Notes: generated by a model from the letters alone, not told the origin. Counted from the stretch's first letter, positions 46,228-56,599 are shown. The stretch is 64,000 bases of DNA from an uncultured Alphaproteobacteria bacterium (GCA_963772965.1 CAVYZU010000002.1:1199751-1263750); one strand, 5' to 3'. Made by a program: numbers and translations.

Positions 46228-47004
46228 TTAGCGGGGTCGGCCCCAGGCGATGAAGCCGTCATTTTTGAGGCCCGGCTTGCCGTAGGTCAGGGGTTCACCT
46301 GTCAGGGTTTCGACCCGGCCGCCGGCGGCTTCGAGGATCGCCTGACCGGCGGCGGTGTCCCATTCCATCGTCGTGCCAAAGCGCGGGTAGAGATCGGCTT
46401 CGCCCGCCGCGATCAGGCCGAATTTGAGCGCGCTGCCGCATTTCCGGCGCTCCAGCACCGGCAGGTCCTGCAGAAATTCCCCGACCCGCCGGCTGTTCTC
46501 GTGTGAGCGGCTGTGGACGACGACAAACCCCTCGGGCGAAGGGATGCGCGCCTCGATCGGTTCGATCGGTCCGCCGCCGCGTTGCCGCGTTGCGGTTCCC
46601 GGCCCGTAGGCGGCGTAGGTCAGCCCGACCGCCGGGCCATGCAGGACACCCAACACCGGCCGGCCGTCTTCGACGAGACCGATACAGACTGAAAACTCGC
46701 CATTCTTGGCGACGAATTCGCGCGTCCCGTCGAGCGGATCGACCACCCAAAACCGGGGGGACGAGGGCGGTAATCCCTCGGCATCGACCCATTCCTCGGA
46801 AACGATCGGGATATCCGGAAAGGCAGCGTGCAGTCTTGCGACGATGATGCGTTCGGCGGCGAGATCGGCCTCGGTCACCGGAGTCTTGTCGAGTTTTTGC
46901 CGCACGTCGAAATCTTGCGCGTAGACCCGCATGATCGCTTCGCCGGCGGCGAGTGCAGCTTGCCGTGCGGTTTCGAGCAGATCGCTTTCGCTATCGCGGG
47001 TCAT
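46228..47004 (-). CDS. cysQ: 3'(2'),5'-bisphosphate nucleotidase CysQ
   Basis: KTPVTEADLAAE, VSEE, WVVDPLDGTREF, WDTAAGQAILEAAGG. ATG 47004 forms ATGA with the upstream stop. Confidence 0.85.
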   Translation of the reverse strand: MTRDSESDLLETARQAALAAGEAIMRVYAQDFDVRQKLDKTPVTEADLAAERIIVARLHAAFPDIPIVSEEWVDAEGLPPSSPRFWVVDPLDGTREFVAKNGEFSVCIGLVEDGRPVLGVLHGPAVGLTYAAYGPGTATRQRGGGPIEPIEARIPSPEGFVVVHSRSHENSRRVGEFLQDLPVLERRKCGSALKFGLIAAGEADLYPRFGTTMEWDTAAGQAILEAAGGRVETLTGEPLTYGKPGLKNDGFIAWGRPR

Positions 47005-49340
47005 GCCGCTTGCCGCCTTTCGGCAGTGCGGATCGCCCGCCACAATCGTTCCGGGGTTACTGGCATGTCGATATGCTCGATGCCGAGCGGCGCCAGCGCA
47101 TCGACAATCGCATTGACCAAAGCCGGCGGCGCGCCGATCGCCCCCGCTTCACCCGCTCCCTTGAGGCCGAGCGGGTTGGTGCGGCACGGCACGACATTGT
47201 ACGAGAATTCGATCGCCGGCAGGTCTTCGGCCCGCGGCAATGCGTAATCGGTTAGCGAACCGGTCACCAGCTGACCCGTTTCCGGGTCATAGACCGTGCG
47301 TTCGAGCATTGCCTGGCCGACGCCTTGCGCGACGCCGCCCTGCACTTGGCCGCGCAATAACAGCGGATTGACGACATTCCCAAAATCGTCGACCACGAGA
47401 TAACGCACGATCTCGACATGCCCGGTCTCGGGCTCGATCTCGACCTCGCAGACATGGCAGCCATTGGGGAACGTCGGCGCGGGCGGGGTGAAATGCCCGC
47501 TCTCGGCAAAGCCCGGCTCGACATCATCGGGCAATTGCGCCGGGTTGAACGCAGCGCGCGCCACCGCCTCGATCGCGATCTCGCGGTCGGTCCCGGCAAT
47601 GCGGAAGACGCCGTCGGCGAAGGCGACATCGGCTTCGGCCGCCTCTAACAGATGCGCGGCGATCCGCCGGCCCTTGGCGATCAGCTTTTGCGCGGCGGCA
47701 TCGGCCGAGGCGCCGCCCACCGGCAGGGAGCGCGATCCGCCAGTGCCGCGACCAAAGGCGACAGCCGCGGTGTCGCCCTGCAGCACGCGGATCTTGTCTA
47801 AAGGCAAGCCAAGCCGCTCAGCGGCGAGCTGCGCGTACGCGGTCTGATGTCCCTGACCCGAGGACTGGGTGCCCATCAGCATCGTCAAATTACCGCTCGG
47901 GTCAAAGCGCAATTCGGCGAATTCATCCGGGGGCATTCCCGATTGCTCAATATAGACGGCGTAGCCCAACCCACGGAAACTCCCGCGCGCCGTGGACTCG
48001 GCGCGCCGCCCCGCAAAGCCCTCGATGTCGGCTGTGGCGAGCGCGTCCTCCATGTTGCGGGCGAAATCGCCGCTGTCATAAACGAGGCCGAGCGGGGTCG
48101 CATACGGCATCGCGTCGGGGCGGATGAAATTGCGCCGACGCAATTCCTGCGGCGGTAGCCCAAGCCGGCGGGCGGCGTAGTCGATCAGCCGTTCGATCGC
48201 ATAGGCCGCCTCCGGCCGGCCGGCGCCGCGATAGGCGTCGACCGGTACGGTGTGCGTAAACACTCCCTCCACCACAACCGAGATCGCCGGGATCGCATAA
48301 ACGCCGCTGAACATGACGCCGCCCGACTCGGTCGGGATTGCCGGCGCAAAGGTCGATAAATAGGCGCCCATATTGGCAAAGTTGGTGACGGACAAGCCCA
48401 GAAAATGCAGCTCATCGTCGAGCCCGAGTTCGAGCCGCATGATATTGTCGCGGCCTTGCGCGTCGGTCATGAACGCATCGGAGCGTTCGGGCGTCCATTT
48501 GACTGGTCGGCCGATCTTTTTTGCCGACCACAGCACCAGAACCTGCTCGGAATAGAGAAAAGCCTTCATCCCGAACCCGCCGCCGACATCAGGGGTGATG
48601 ACGCGCACGCGATTTTCCGGGATTTTGAAAACGCTCTCGGCCAACAGGCTGCGCAGCAAATGCGAGCCTTGGGTCGAACTCCAGAGGGTATAGGTGTCCT
48701 CTCCGGAATCGTGGGCGCCGATTGCACCGCGCGGCTCCATCGAATTGACGACGATCCGGTTGTTGACGATGTCGAGCGCGATGCGGTGGCGCGCCGTTGC
48801 GATGGCGCGGTCGACCGCAGCGGGGTCGCCGATCGCCCAGTCAAAGGCGAGATTGTCGGGCGCCTCGTCCCAGACAATGGGCCGCCCTTGATCGAGCGCA
48901 TGCTCGGTTTCGATCACTGCGGGCAGCGGGTCGTAATCGATTTCGATCAGCTCGGCGGCGTCGCGGGCCGCACCGAGACTTTCGGCGACGACCATCGCGA
49001 CCGTGTCGCCGACATGCCGCACGCGGTCGCGAACCAGCGCCGGCCGCTGCGGCGATGGTGCCGCGGCCCCGTCGCGATTGATCATCGGGACAAGACACGG
49101 CATCGGGCCGAGCCCGTCGCGCGCCAAATCTTCGCCGGTCAAAACGGCGAGCACGCCTGGCGCTGTCGCGGCCGCCGCGGTGTCAATCGCACGGATGCGC
49201 GCATGAGCGTGCGGCGAGCGCAGCATAAACGCGTATGCCTGGTGCGGCAGCACGACATCGTCGACGTAATTGCCGTGCCCGGTCAAAAAGCGCCGGTCCT
49301 CGACCCGGCGCACCGGCTGGCCGATACCGAATTGGTTCAT
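47001..49340 (-). CDS. molybdopterin-binding large subunit of the xanthine dehydrogenase/CO dehydrogenase family (form II CoxL-like)
   Basis: 779 aa. GQPVRRVEDRRFLTGHGNYVDD; active-site loop VDAYRGAGRPEA (the AYRGAGR type, not AYXCSFR). Confidence 0.9.
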   Translation of the reverse strand: MNQFGIGQPVRRVEDRRFLTGHGNYVDDVVLPHQAYAFMLRSPHAHARIRAIDTAAAATAPGVLAVLTGEDLARDGLGPMPCLVPMINRDGAAAPSPQRPALVRDRVRHVGDTVAMVVAESLGAARDAAELIEIDYDPLPAVIETEHALDQGRPIVWDEAPDNLAFDWAIGDPAAVDRAIATARHRIALDIVNNRIVVNSMEPRGAIGAHDSGEDTYTLWSSTQGSHLLRSLLAESVFKIPENRVRVITPDVGGGFGMKAFLYSEQVLVLWSAKKIGRPVKWTPERSDAFMTDAQGRDNIMRLELGLDDELHFLGLSVTNFANMGAYLSTFAPAIPTESGGVMFSGVYAIPAISVVVEGVFTHTVPVDAYRGAGRPEAAYAIERLIDYAARRLGLPPQELRRRNFIRPDAMPYATPLGLVYDSGDFARNMEDALATADIEGFAGRRAESTARGSFRGLGYAVYIEQSGMPPDEFAELRFDPSGNLTMLMGTQSSGQGHQTAYAQLAAERLGLPLDKIRVLQGDTAAVAFGRGTGGSRSLPVGGASADAAAQKLIAKGRRIAAHLLEAAEADVAFADGVFRIAGTDREIAIEAVARAAFNPAQLPDDVEPGFAESGHFTPPAPTFPNGCHVCEVEIEPETGHVEIVRYLVVDDFGNVVNPLLLRGQVQGGVAQGVGQAMLERTVYDPETGQLVTGSLTDYALPRAEDLPAIEFSYNVVPCRTNPLGLKGAGEAGAIGAPPALVNAIVDALAPLGIEHIDMPVTPERLWRAIRTAERRQAA

Positions 49341-49606
49341 TCAAACGACCTCCGACATCGGGCATATCGGCGGCCAAGTTGATTTTGCCATAGCGCAACC
49401 GCGCGGTTTTCAGGCGTGCTTCGCGAATGCGATGCAACTCGCCGTTGCTTTGTCGCCGATGACAAGCGCACCCGCCTGCGGCGCCTCGACTATCGGGCAC
49501 CCGCCGAACTGCTCGCTCACCCTGCGGGACACGACACGAAAGCGGGGATGGCAAGAGGGGAAAAATATCGGCTGGAAGCGCAAAATAAGCGCGAACCGCG
49601 AAAGGT

Positions 49607-49645
49607 GCTCCGTCCGCCTCCCCTCAAAGGAGAGGAGAACGGAGC
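49607..49645 (-). terminator. GC-rich hairpin downstream of the NIPSNAP gene
   Basis: GCTCCGTCCGCCTCCCC-tcaaa-GGAGAGGAGAACGGAGC (imperfect stem). No clear U-tract. Confidence 0.35.
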
Positions 49646-49667
49646 AGTGGCTTTTGGACGTCGGCGA

Positions 49668-50276
49668 CTAGCGCAGCGGCGAGAATGAGGATGGGACGAC
49701 GAGCATGTTCTCCTGCTTGATAAACATGCCGCGGGTGGCGGGTGGCCAGCTGCCATCCTTGCGCAACTCCTCGCGAATGCGGGCGCGTTCGTTGGCGTCC
49801 TTATAGGCCCAGATGTGGATCCATTGGTTCAAGGGCCCGAGCTCGGTATGGCCCGCGGCCGCCAATGGCGACAGCTTTACCCGGCCTTCGATCCGCTCGG
49901 CCCATTTCTCGACGACGGTCGGGGCCGATCCGGGCAGCATCGTATAGGTGCGGATCTCGTAGAGATTGCCGTACTGACGCGGTGTAAAGGCCGGGCAGAA
50001 CGGCGCCGCGATGACGATCTTGCTCTCCATCTCGACGATGAATTCCTGGATCTTTGGCGGCCAGTTCGGGATCGACTGCGAACGTACCCGGCTGCGGTGC
50101 TGCAGGTCGTCATACGGCCAAATGTGGATGATGTGGTTTAACGGGCCGACTTCGGTGTGAAAGAAAGCGCCGAGCGGCGATACCTTGACACGCTCGGTCA
50201 GCGCCTCGCCAAACCGCTTTTCTGCTTCCGGAACCGAGCCCGGCTGCAGCCGGTAGGTGCGCATTTCAAAGATCAT
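49668..50276 (-). CDS. NIPSNAP family protein (two domains)
   Basis: MIFEMRTYRLQPGS...HIWPYDDLQHR and LYEIRTYTMLPGS...HIWAYKDANER. Confidence 0.85.
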   Translation of the reverse strand: MIFEMRTYRLQPGSVPEAEKRFGEALTERVKVSPLGAFFHTEVGPLNHIIHIWPYDDLQHRSRVRSQSIPNWPPKIQEFIVEMESKIVIAAPFCPAFTPRQYGNLYEIRTYTMLPGSAPTVVEKWAERIEGRVKLSPLAAAGHTELGPLNQWIHIWAYKDANERARIREELRKDGSWPPATRGMFIKQENMLVVPSSFSPLR

Positions 50277-50374
50277 CGACCTGCTCCCCAAGAGTTAAAG
50301 AATTATCGGCGGGGCGCATTCTAGAGGCGCCGGGCAGCAAGTCAAACCCGGCGCCCCCGCTTATGGCGACAGTG

Positions 50375-51463
50375 TCAGCCGGCTTTGCGGCGGCGTGCAA
50401 AGGCGCCCATGCCGAGGAGCCCGGCGGCGAGCAAGCTCATTGATGCCGGCTCGGGCACCGCCGGCGTGGCGATCAACCCGATCGTGTTGTCAGCACCGTT
50501 GACGTAGAAGCCGACGAGCTGATTGAGATCGTTGATGCCGTTGATCGTCGTCGTGCCGATGCCGAACGGATCGTCGATGTTTTGGAACGTGTTGTTATTG
50601 AGGTCGTAGAGCAGACCGTGCATCACGCCCGCCGCATCGGTGTATGTGCCGACCGCTAAGCCGTTGTCGTTCAATCCGAGCAACATCGTCGCCATCGATC
50701 CGGTGGGATCTATGGTCGTGAACGTGCCACCAATGTCGACAAATCCGTGCGTCACCATGGCGCCATCGGTGTAGAAGCCGGCAATTTCCCCGGCGTTATT
50801 GATCGCTGCCGCCGTAGTGGCGCCGATTCCATTCGGATCGTCGATATTAGCGGAGAAGGTATTTGTCCCGATGTTGTAGGTATAGCCGTGCGTCGCTCCG
50901 CCGGCATCGACGTAAAAGCCAACGGCTACGTTGCTGTTGTTGACGCCAAGCAATTGATCGGTAAACAGACCCGTCGACGGTCCCCCCGGGTGGTTCACGT
51001 TGGTGAACGTCCCGGCAATATTGGCGAACCCGAAATTGCTGTCCATGCCAACGCCCAGGTTGGAATTGGACCAGAACCCGACCGTCGTGCCGATATTGTT
51101 GAGACCGGTGACTTGGGTTTGCACGGAGCCCGGAAAATTCTCGTTGGTGAAGGAGGTGTAGGGCGGAACGGTGGTATAGCCCTTGTTCGGATGGCCAGCC
51201 ATGCCGCTGCCGAAATAGCCGGCGATTGTGCCGGCGCTATTGATCCCGAGTTCCTGATTGAACGTCACATCGTTGGTGTTGACGATGTCCTGAAACGTAT
51301 AGGCGGCGGCATGCGCCGATTGAGCGCTCCAGGTAACAGCGATCGCGGCAATAGCACCCAACGCCAGCTTGGAGCGCCTGACTGAGGTGAGCGAGCAACC
51401 AAATTTGAATGGCGATAGCCTTACCGGCCCCATTCCGCTGGCAGCGCGGTCCATAGCGTCCAC
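50375..51463 (-). CDS. PEP-CTERM-anchored secreted repeat protein
   Basis: C-terminal VPEPASMSLLAAGLLGMGAFARRRKAG. Body has GINSAGTIAGYF / INNAGEIAGFY ... THG(Y/F) repeats. Signal peptide ...AQSAHAAA. Confidence 0.8.
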   Translation of the reverse strand: MDAMDRAASGMGPVRLSPFKFGCSLTSVRRSKLALGAIAAIAVTWSAQSAHAAAYTFQDIVNTNDVTFNQELGINSAGTIAGYFGSGMAGHPNKGYTTVPPYTSFTNENFPGSVQTQVTGLNNIGTTVGFWSNSNLGVGMDSNFGFANIAGTFTNVNHPGGPSTGLFTDQLLGVNNSNVAVGFYVDAGGATHGYTYNIGTNTFSANIDDPNGIGATTAAAINNAGEIAGFYTDGAMVTHGFVDIGGTFTTIDPTGSMATMLLGLNDNGLAVGTYTDAAGVMHGLLYDLNNNTFQNIDDPFGIGTTTINGINDLNQLVGFYVNGADNTIGLIATPAVPEPASMSLLAAGLLGMGAFARRRKAG

Positions 51464-51762
51464 CCCTCGAGATTGGATAGGATGATTCCCGAATTAGTGT
51501 TAATTCAGCAAAATTCGTGCCAAACTACGATGGGTGCCGCGATCGAAAGATAATCAAGAGGTTGAGAGCTCGCCATGGAAAACGGCGCGTCAGGTTGTCG
51601 AAGAATTTTACAGACGCAGTCACTCAGATATGAGCAGGCTGAGTACGGTTCCCCTGCACATCAGTGCGTTAACTCTCACTTATTACCCAAAAGGATGAGT
51701 CAAGAAATCCGACAGTCGCGGCATGCCGGTAATTTTCGATATCCCGGGCGTTTGCAGAGCCC

Positions 51763-52707
51763 CTAGGGCAGGCGCGCCAGCTTCTCGATCAGCACGTCGT
51801 AAACCGCTTCGGCGTCGACCGTGTTCATAAAGCGGACGTTGATCTCCCGCCCGGTGACCCCCCACCAATCGATGATGGTCATGCCTGAGGTCAGCGGGCT
51901 CGTGGTCTCGACCGCAACGTTGACCTCGCGGCCATCGAACAGCGCCGGCTGCAGCAGAAAAGCGATCGTGCACGGGTCGTGCAGCGCCGTCCCGCGCGCG
52001 CCAAACCGGCTGGTGCGGGCCTCCTCAAAGCTGGTCAGGAGGGTTGCCACCGCCGGGCCGCAACGGTTGGGGAGCGCGCCCAAGGCCGCAATCCGCGGCG
52101 GCGTGCTCAACACCTGATGGGTGACGTCGAGCGGGATGATCGTAATCGGGACGCCTGCCTCGAGCACGATCGCGGCGGCATGCGGATCGACATGGATGTT
52201 GAATTCGGCGGCCGGGGTGACATTGCCGATCTCAAAGCCGGCGCCGCCCATGACCACAATTTCGCCGATCCGGGCGGCGATATCGGGCGCCTTGATCAAC
52301 GCCAATGCAATATCGGTCAACGGCCCGATCGCGCACATTGTGACCAAACCTGGTTCCGCGGAACGCAGCGTTTCGACAATGAAGTCGACGCCGTGTTGTG
52401 CCTGCAGTGGCATCACCGGTTCGGGTAGGGCGAGCCTTTCGCCGAGCAAGTCGCCATGGATAGCGGCGGCCGAGGCGAGCGGGCGTAGCAACGGCCGCGC
52501 ACAGCCGGCGAAAACCGCGATGTCGGGGCGGCCTGCCAGCTCGCAAACGCGCCGCGCATTCCGCTCGGTCAGCACCAGCGGCAGATTGCCAGCGACCGCG
52601 ACGATCCCCAGCACCTCAAGCTCTTCCGGCGAGGACAATGCCAGCAAGATCGCGACGGCGTCGTCGATGCCGGGATCGGTGTCGATGATGATCTTTCGCG
52701 ATGCCAT
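51763..52707 (-). CDS. nucleoside hydrolase (IUNH family)
   Basis: KIIIDTDPGIDDAVAILLAL aspartate cluster; 314 aa. Confidence 0.9.
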   Translation of the reverse strand: MASRKIIIDTDPGIDDAVAILLALSSPEELEVLGIVAVAGNLPLVLTERNARRVCELAGRPDIAVFAGCARPLLRPLASAAAIHGDLLGERLALPEPVMPLQAQHGVDFIVETLRSAEPGLVTMCAIGPLTDIALALIKAPDIAARIGEIVVMGGAGFEIGNVTPAAEFNIHVDPHAAAIVLEAGVPITIIPLDVTHQVLSTPPRIAALGALPNRCGPAVATLLTSFEEARTSRFGARGTALHDPCTIAFLLQPALFDGREVNVAVETTSPLTSGMTIIDWWGVTGREINVRFMNTVDAEAVYDVLIEKLARLP

Positions 52708-52828
52708 GAGTTCGTGCTGCCAAGCCGATGAGGGAGGAGAGCCTTAAGCGATCAGTTCGGGTTCTGGCGGTTGTTGTGCCGGTCAGCGGGCCAATCTATC
52801 ATCGCGTCACGCGTGTGGAGGAGCCTCG

Positions 52829-53665
52829 ATGGTGCAGCTCGCCGAACTCGATACCGAGCGCGATACGCTCGATGCGACCCTAAGTTACTTTGCCGACACT
52901 AAGGCGACGCCGGTGACCGTGGTGGCGCCTCCGGGCGAATCCGACAAGCGCTTGGGCGGCGGAGCCTCCGAGCCGCATCGCGTGACCTTGCGCAACGGGC
53001 GGCCGCATATCGCCGAATTCGATATCGAAAAGCACGGCTTCCGTTTCGTCCGGAATGATACGCGGGTCGCGGATTTTTACGATGAGGACGAAATCCGCGG
53101 CGTCTACTACCCGGAGATGGAGGCGCTGGTCAAAGCCGAGACCGGCGCCAAGCGTGTCGTCGTGTTTGACCACACATTGCGCACCGCCGATGACGAGTTG
53201 CGCCAAGCGTCCAAGATCCGCGAGGTCGTCCGCCGCGTCCACAACGACTACACCGATTGGTCGGGGCTGCAGCGGGTGCGCGATCTGATGGGCGACGAGG
53301 CCGAGGAGTTGCTTAAGCACCGCTTTGCGATTGTTCAGGTGTGGCGGCCGATCCGCCATGCAGTCGAGAGCTGGCCTTTGGCGATCGCCGATGCACGCAG
53401 TCTGTCAGCCGACGATATGGTCGTGACCGAACGGCGCTATCCCAACCGCATCGGCCAGACCTCGGCGATTACCTGGAACCCGGAACACCGCTGGTACTGG
53501 TTCCCGCACATGCGGCCCGACGAAGCATTGGTGTTCAAGACTTTCGAGTCGATGAAGGACGGCCGCGCCCGCTTTACCGCGCATACCGCTTTCGAGGACC
53601 CGACCACACCGCCCCATGCTCGGCCGCGCGAGAGCATCGAAATACGCACCCTCGCGTTTTTCTAA
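52829..53665 (+). CDS. CmcJ/NvfI-family oxidoreductase-like protein
   Basis: VVVFDHTLR ... RRVHNDYT ... VQVWRP ... YWFPHMRPDEALVFKTFES. Family recalled from memory. Confidence 0.6.
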   Translation: MVQLAELDTERDTLDATLSYFADTKATPVTVVAPPGESDKRLGGGASEPHRVTLRNGRPHIAEFDIEKHGFRFVRNDTRVADFYDEDEIRGVYYPEMEALVKAETGAKRVVVFDHTLRTADDELRQASKIREVVRRVHNDYTDWSGLQRVRDLMGDEAEELLKHRFAIVQVWRPIRHAVESWPLAIADARSLSADDMVVTERRYPNRIGQTSAITWNPEHRWYWFPHMRPDEALVFKTFESMKDGRARFTAHTAFEDPTTPPHARPRESIEIRTLAFF

Positions 53666-53754
53666 GGTTGGTGGTGAGCGGACTTTCAGCGATTTTTCGT
53701 TATCGCCTTCGCGAAAGCAGGGGGCTCAGGGTCCGTGACGTGCCGTTGGATCCT

Positions 53755-53779
53755 GGATTCCCGCTTTCGCGGGAATGAC
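53755..53779. repeat. REP-like hairpin GGATTCCCGC-tttc-GCGGGAATGAC
   Basis: Perfect 8-bp stem ATTCCCGC/GCGGGAAT. A related copy lies at about 56033-56060 (GTGATTCCCGCTCGAGCAAGCGGGAGCC). Confidence 0.6.
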
Positions 53780-53807
53780 GACAAATAAAAGAGTGGGAGG
53801 CATTTTG

Positions 53808-54795
53808 ATGGAACGCGGGCACCAGATTGACATTCGTAATGTCGCGTTCTTCCGTCATGAATACGATGACGAGCACGGTGATCTCAGGCATCTCTACGAG
53901 CAGGCCAAGCTCGATCAGTGGAATGCCGCGACCGATATCGACTGGGCCCAGCCGCTCGCCAGTGACGGCCGGGGCGATGGCGGGCTGATCGCCGACGATC
54001 TCGTCGACATTTACGGGACAAAGTACTGGGATCGGCTGACCCCGGACCAGCAGGTCGAGGTCAATCGCGCGGTCGCGCGCTGGCGGATCTCGACCCTGAT
54101 GGCCGGCGAACACGGTGCGATGCTCGTGTGCAGCCAATTGGTCGAGAATGTGCAGGGTCAGGACGCCAAACTGTTCCAGGCGACGCAAGTCGTCGACGAG
54201 GGCCGCCATAACGAGGTGTTGCAGCGCTACATGGCGTTGCGGCTCGAAGGGCGTAATTACCCGCTCGCCAACAACGTCCGCGAAATCTTCGACACATTGC
54301 TTGGCACCGGCGCCTGGTATCTGAAGACCATCGGGCTGCAGCTCGTCGCCGAGACCTTTGCCGTTTCCTTGTTCCGCATGCTTGCCGAAATCTTCGAAGG
54401 ATGCGATCCTGCGCCAGGTCTGCCGGCGCATTCTGCAAGACGAGGCGCGGCATATGGGCTTTGGCATGCTGTCATTGCCGGCGGTCGTCGCCGAGGCCAG
54501 CGCGGCCGAGCGCCGCGAAATGGAAGATTTTGCCGTGTGGGCGTTGAACCGCACCCTGCGCGGCATCTTCCCGCTTGCCGCCTATGAGGAAATCGGGTTC
54601 AGCCGCGGCGAAATCGAAGAAATCCGCCAATTGCGCCGCGAGCGAGCGGCGGGCGGGGACGAGACTGCGTTTCGCAAATTCTTCCGCCGCGACCTCCATG
54701 CCGGGCTGGTGCGCAACCTGCGCAAAGTCGGCGTGCTCAGCGACCGCGTCGCGCCCGATCTCGAAGCGCTCGGCATTTCGCTCGCCGCCGCGTGA
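53808..54795 (+). pseudogene. ferritin-like diiron oxygenase family protein with apparent +1 frameshift near 54388-54396
   Basis: Frame 1: MERGHQIDI...MAGEHGAM...VVDEGRHNEV...FAVSLFRMLAE. Frame 2: SKDAILRQVCRRILQDEARHMGFG.... Two E..H diiron motifs are split across the frames. Confidence 0.75.
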
Positions 54796-54847
54796 TCCGT
54801 TGCCGCATGTTTTCGTTCTTGCCGCTCAATGACGATAGGACAGACCG

Positions 54848-55987
54848 ATGGCCAATGACCTGATCTCCTGCGATGACCACATGGATTTGGGGCAATTGCC
54901 GGCCGATTTGTGGATGACGCGGCTGCCCGCTGCGTTGCGCGACCGCGCCCCGCATATCGAGGAGCGCGACGGCCAGGCGGTTTGGATCTGCGACGGCAAG
55001 GTTTGGGGTACTTGGGGCGGCAAGCCGCCCGCGACCGGCAACCAGCGCCCCGTCAAGGCGCTCTACAACTCGTTTGACCGCGCCGGCATTTACGACCAAA
55101 GCGCGCGCCGGCCGGCGGTCGCCGAACTGCGCCTTGCCGACATGGATCGCGACGGGGTGCAGAGCCAGGTCATTTTTGGGCCGATCTTTCAAATCTCGAC
55201 CGACGATCCGGTGCTGCGCGTCGCCTGCTATCGCGTTTATAACGACTGGCTGATGGATTTCTGCAAGGCCGCTCCCGACCGCCTGCTCGGCGTACCGATG
55301 CTGCCCGAAACTCCCGATGCCGCAACCGAAGAATTGCTCCGCATCGCGGCAAAAGGTGGGGTTAAGCAAGTCACCCTGATGATCGCCAACATTAGCCCCA
55401 AGCTCGACGACCCGGCTTGGGAAAAGCTGTGGACCGCGCTCGAAAACACCGGGATCATTTTGTCCTGGCACATCACCGTATTCCTGCCAGACCCGCGCAG
55501 CCGGGCCGCCGGCAAGGCGGCCAGCGTGTTCGAGAATACCAAAGGGTTCCTCAACAACTTCCTCGAGCCGTTTGTCGATTTGTTTGCCTGGGGCATTCTC
55601 GAGCGTCATCCGAAGCTTAAACTCGTCATGGCCGAGGCCGGCACCGGCTGGCTGCCCTGGCTGGTGCAGGAACTCGATTATCGCCATTGGCGGCTGTGGG
55701 AGGCCAAGGAGTTTTGGGCCGATAAGGGCGGTGCCGCGCTCGAAACCAAGCCCAGCGAACTATTCAAACGCCAGATCTGGGCGACGTTCCAAGAAGATTA
55801 TGCGGCAATGGCATTGATCCCGTTCTTTGGCGAAGGCCATCTATTGTGGGCGTCGGACTACCCGCATCCCGACGGCGTTTGGCCCAATTCGCATTCCGCG
55901 ATCGAGCGCCAAATGCAGGATTTGGTCCCCGAGATGCGGCGCAAGCTAACCCACGACAACGCCGCCGCCCTCTACGGGCTGAGCTGA
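54848..55987 (+). CDS. amidohydrolase family (amidohydrolase_2/ACMSD-like) protein
   Basis: LISCDDHMD..., YNDWLMDF, LLWASDYPHPDG. Confidence 0.85.
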   Translation: MANDLISCDDHMDLGQLPADLWMTRLPAALRDRAPHIEERDGQAVWICDGKVWGTWGGKPPATGNQRPVKALYNSFDRAGIYDQSARRPAVAELRLADMDRDGVQSQVIFGPIFQISTDDPVLRVACYRVYNDWLMDFCKAAPDRLLGVPMLPETPDAATEELLRIAAKGGVKQVTLMIANISPKLDDPAWEKLWTALENTGIILSWHITVFLPDPRSRAAGKAASVFENTKGFLNNFLEPFVDLFAWGILERHPKLKLVMAEAGTGWLPWLVQELDYRHWRLWEAKEFWADKGGAALETKPSELFKRQIWATFQEDYAAMALIPFFGEGHLLWASDYPHPDGVWPNSHSAIERQMQDLVPEMRRKLTHDNAAALYGLS

Positions 55988-56305
55988 CGAACCGTCCCCG
56001 AGAAGCGATCGATCATTTCATGACGTTACTGTGATTCCCGCTCGAGCAAGCGGGAGCCAGGCGTCATGCGTCCCCGTAGATGCGCTTGGGGCGCCGCTTT
56101 TGCGGGAAGGAGGTCGTGCGGAATGTCGGGGCGCATGGTCCCGGCCGCGACCTGACTTGATCGACAAACCCGGCTGCGTGCGGTCGAGCGCCCCTGTTCA
56201 GGCCAGGGAAAGTGCGCCGGGCCGGGTATGTTTCCCGTAATCCCTCCCTAAAAGCAAAGTGGTCCGGCATTCCAATGGATCGACCGGCAATTGGGGAGTT
56301 CGAGG

Positions 56306-56599
56306 GTGAGCTATAAAGGTGTTGCGGCTGCGGGTCTTTTATTGGTCAGCGCGATCGTCTTGCCAGCGTCTGAAGCATCGGCGCGCTGCGGGCACAACGG
56401 TTGGGGATGGCGCTGCGGTCCGGGCGTGCTGGCTCTACCCTTTATTGCAGCCGGTGCGGTCGTTGCCGGCGCAGTGGCGGTCGCAACCGCACCTGTGCGA
56501 GCGATCGTCGGGGCACCCTATTACGCGCCGCCGCCCGCTTATTATCCTCCGCCGGGCTATTACCCGCCGCCCGCCTACTACTATGGACCGCCGCGGTGA
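56306..56599 (+). CDS. small secreted/membrane protein with Pro/Tyr-rich C-terminal repeats
   Basis: GTG 56306 after GGGGAG. Signal-like VAAAGLLLVSAIVLPASEASA; C-terminus APYYAPPPAYYPPPGYYPPPAYYYGPP. Confidence 0.45.
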   Translation: MSYKGVAAAGLLLVSAIVLPASEASARCGHNGWGWRCGPGVLALPFIAAGAVVAGAVAVATAPVRAIVGAPYYAPPPAYYPPPGYYPPPAYYYGPPR

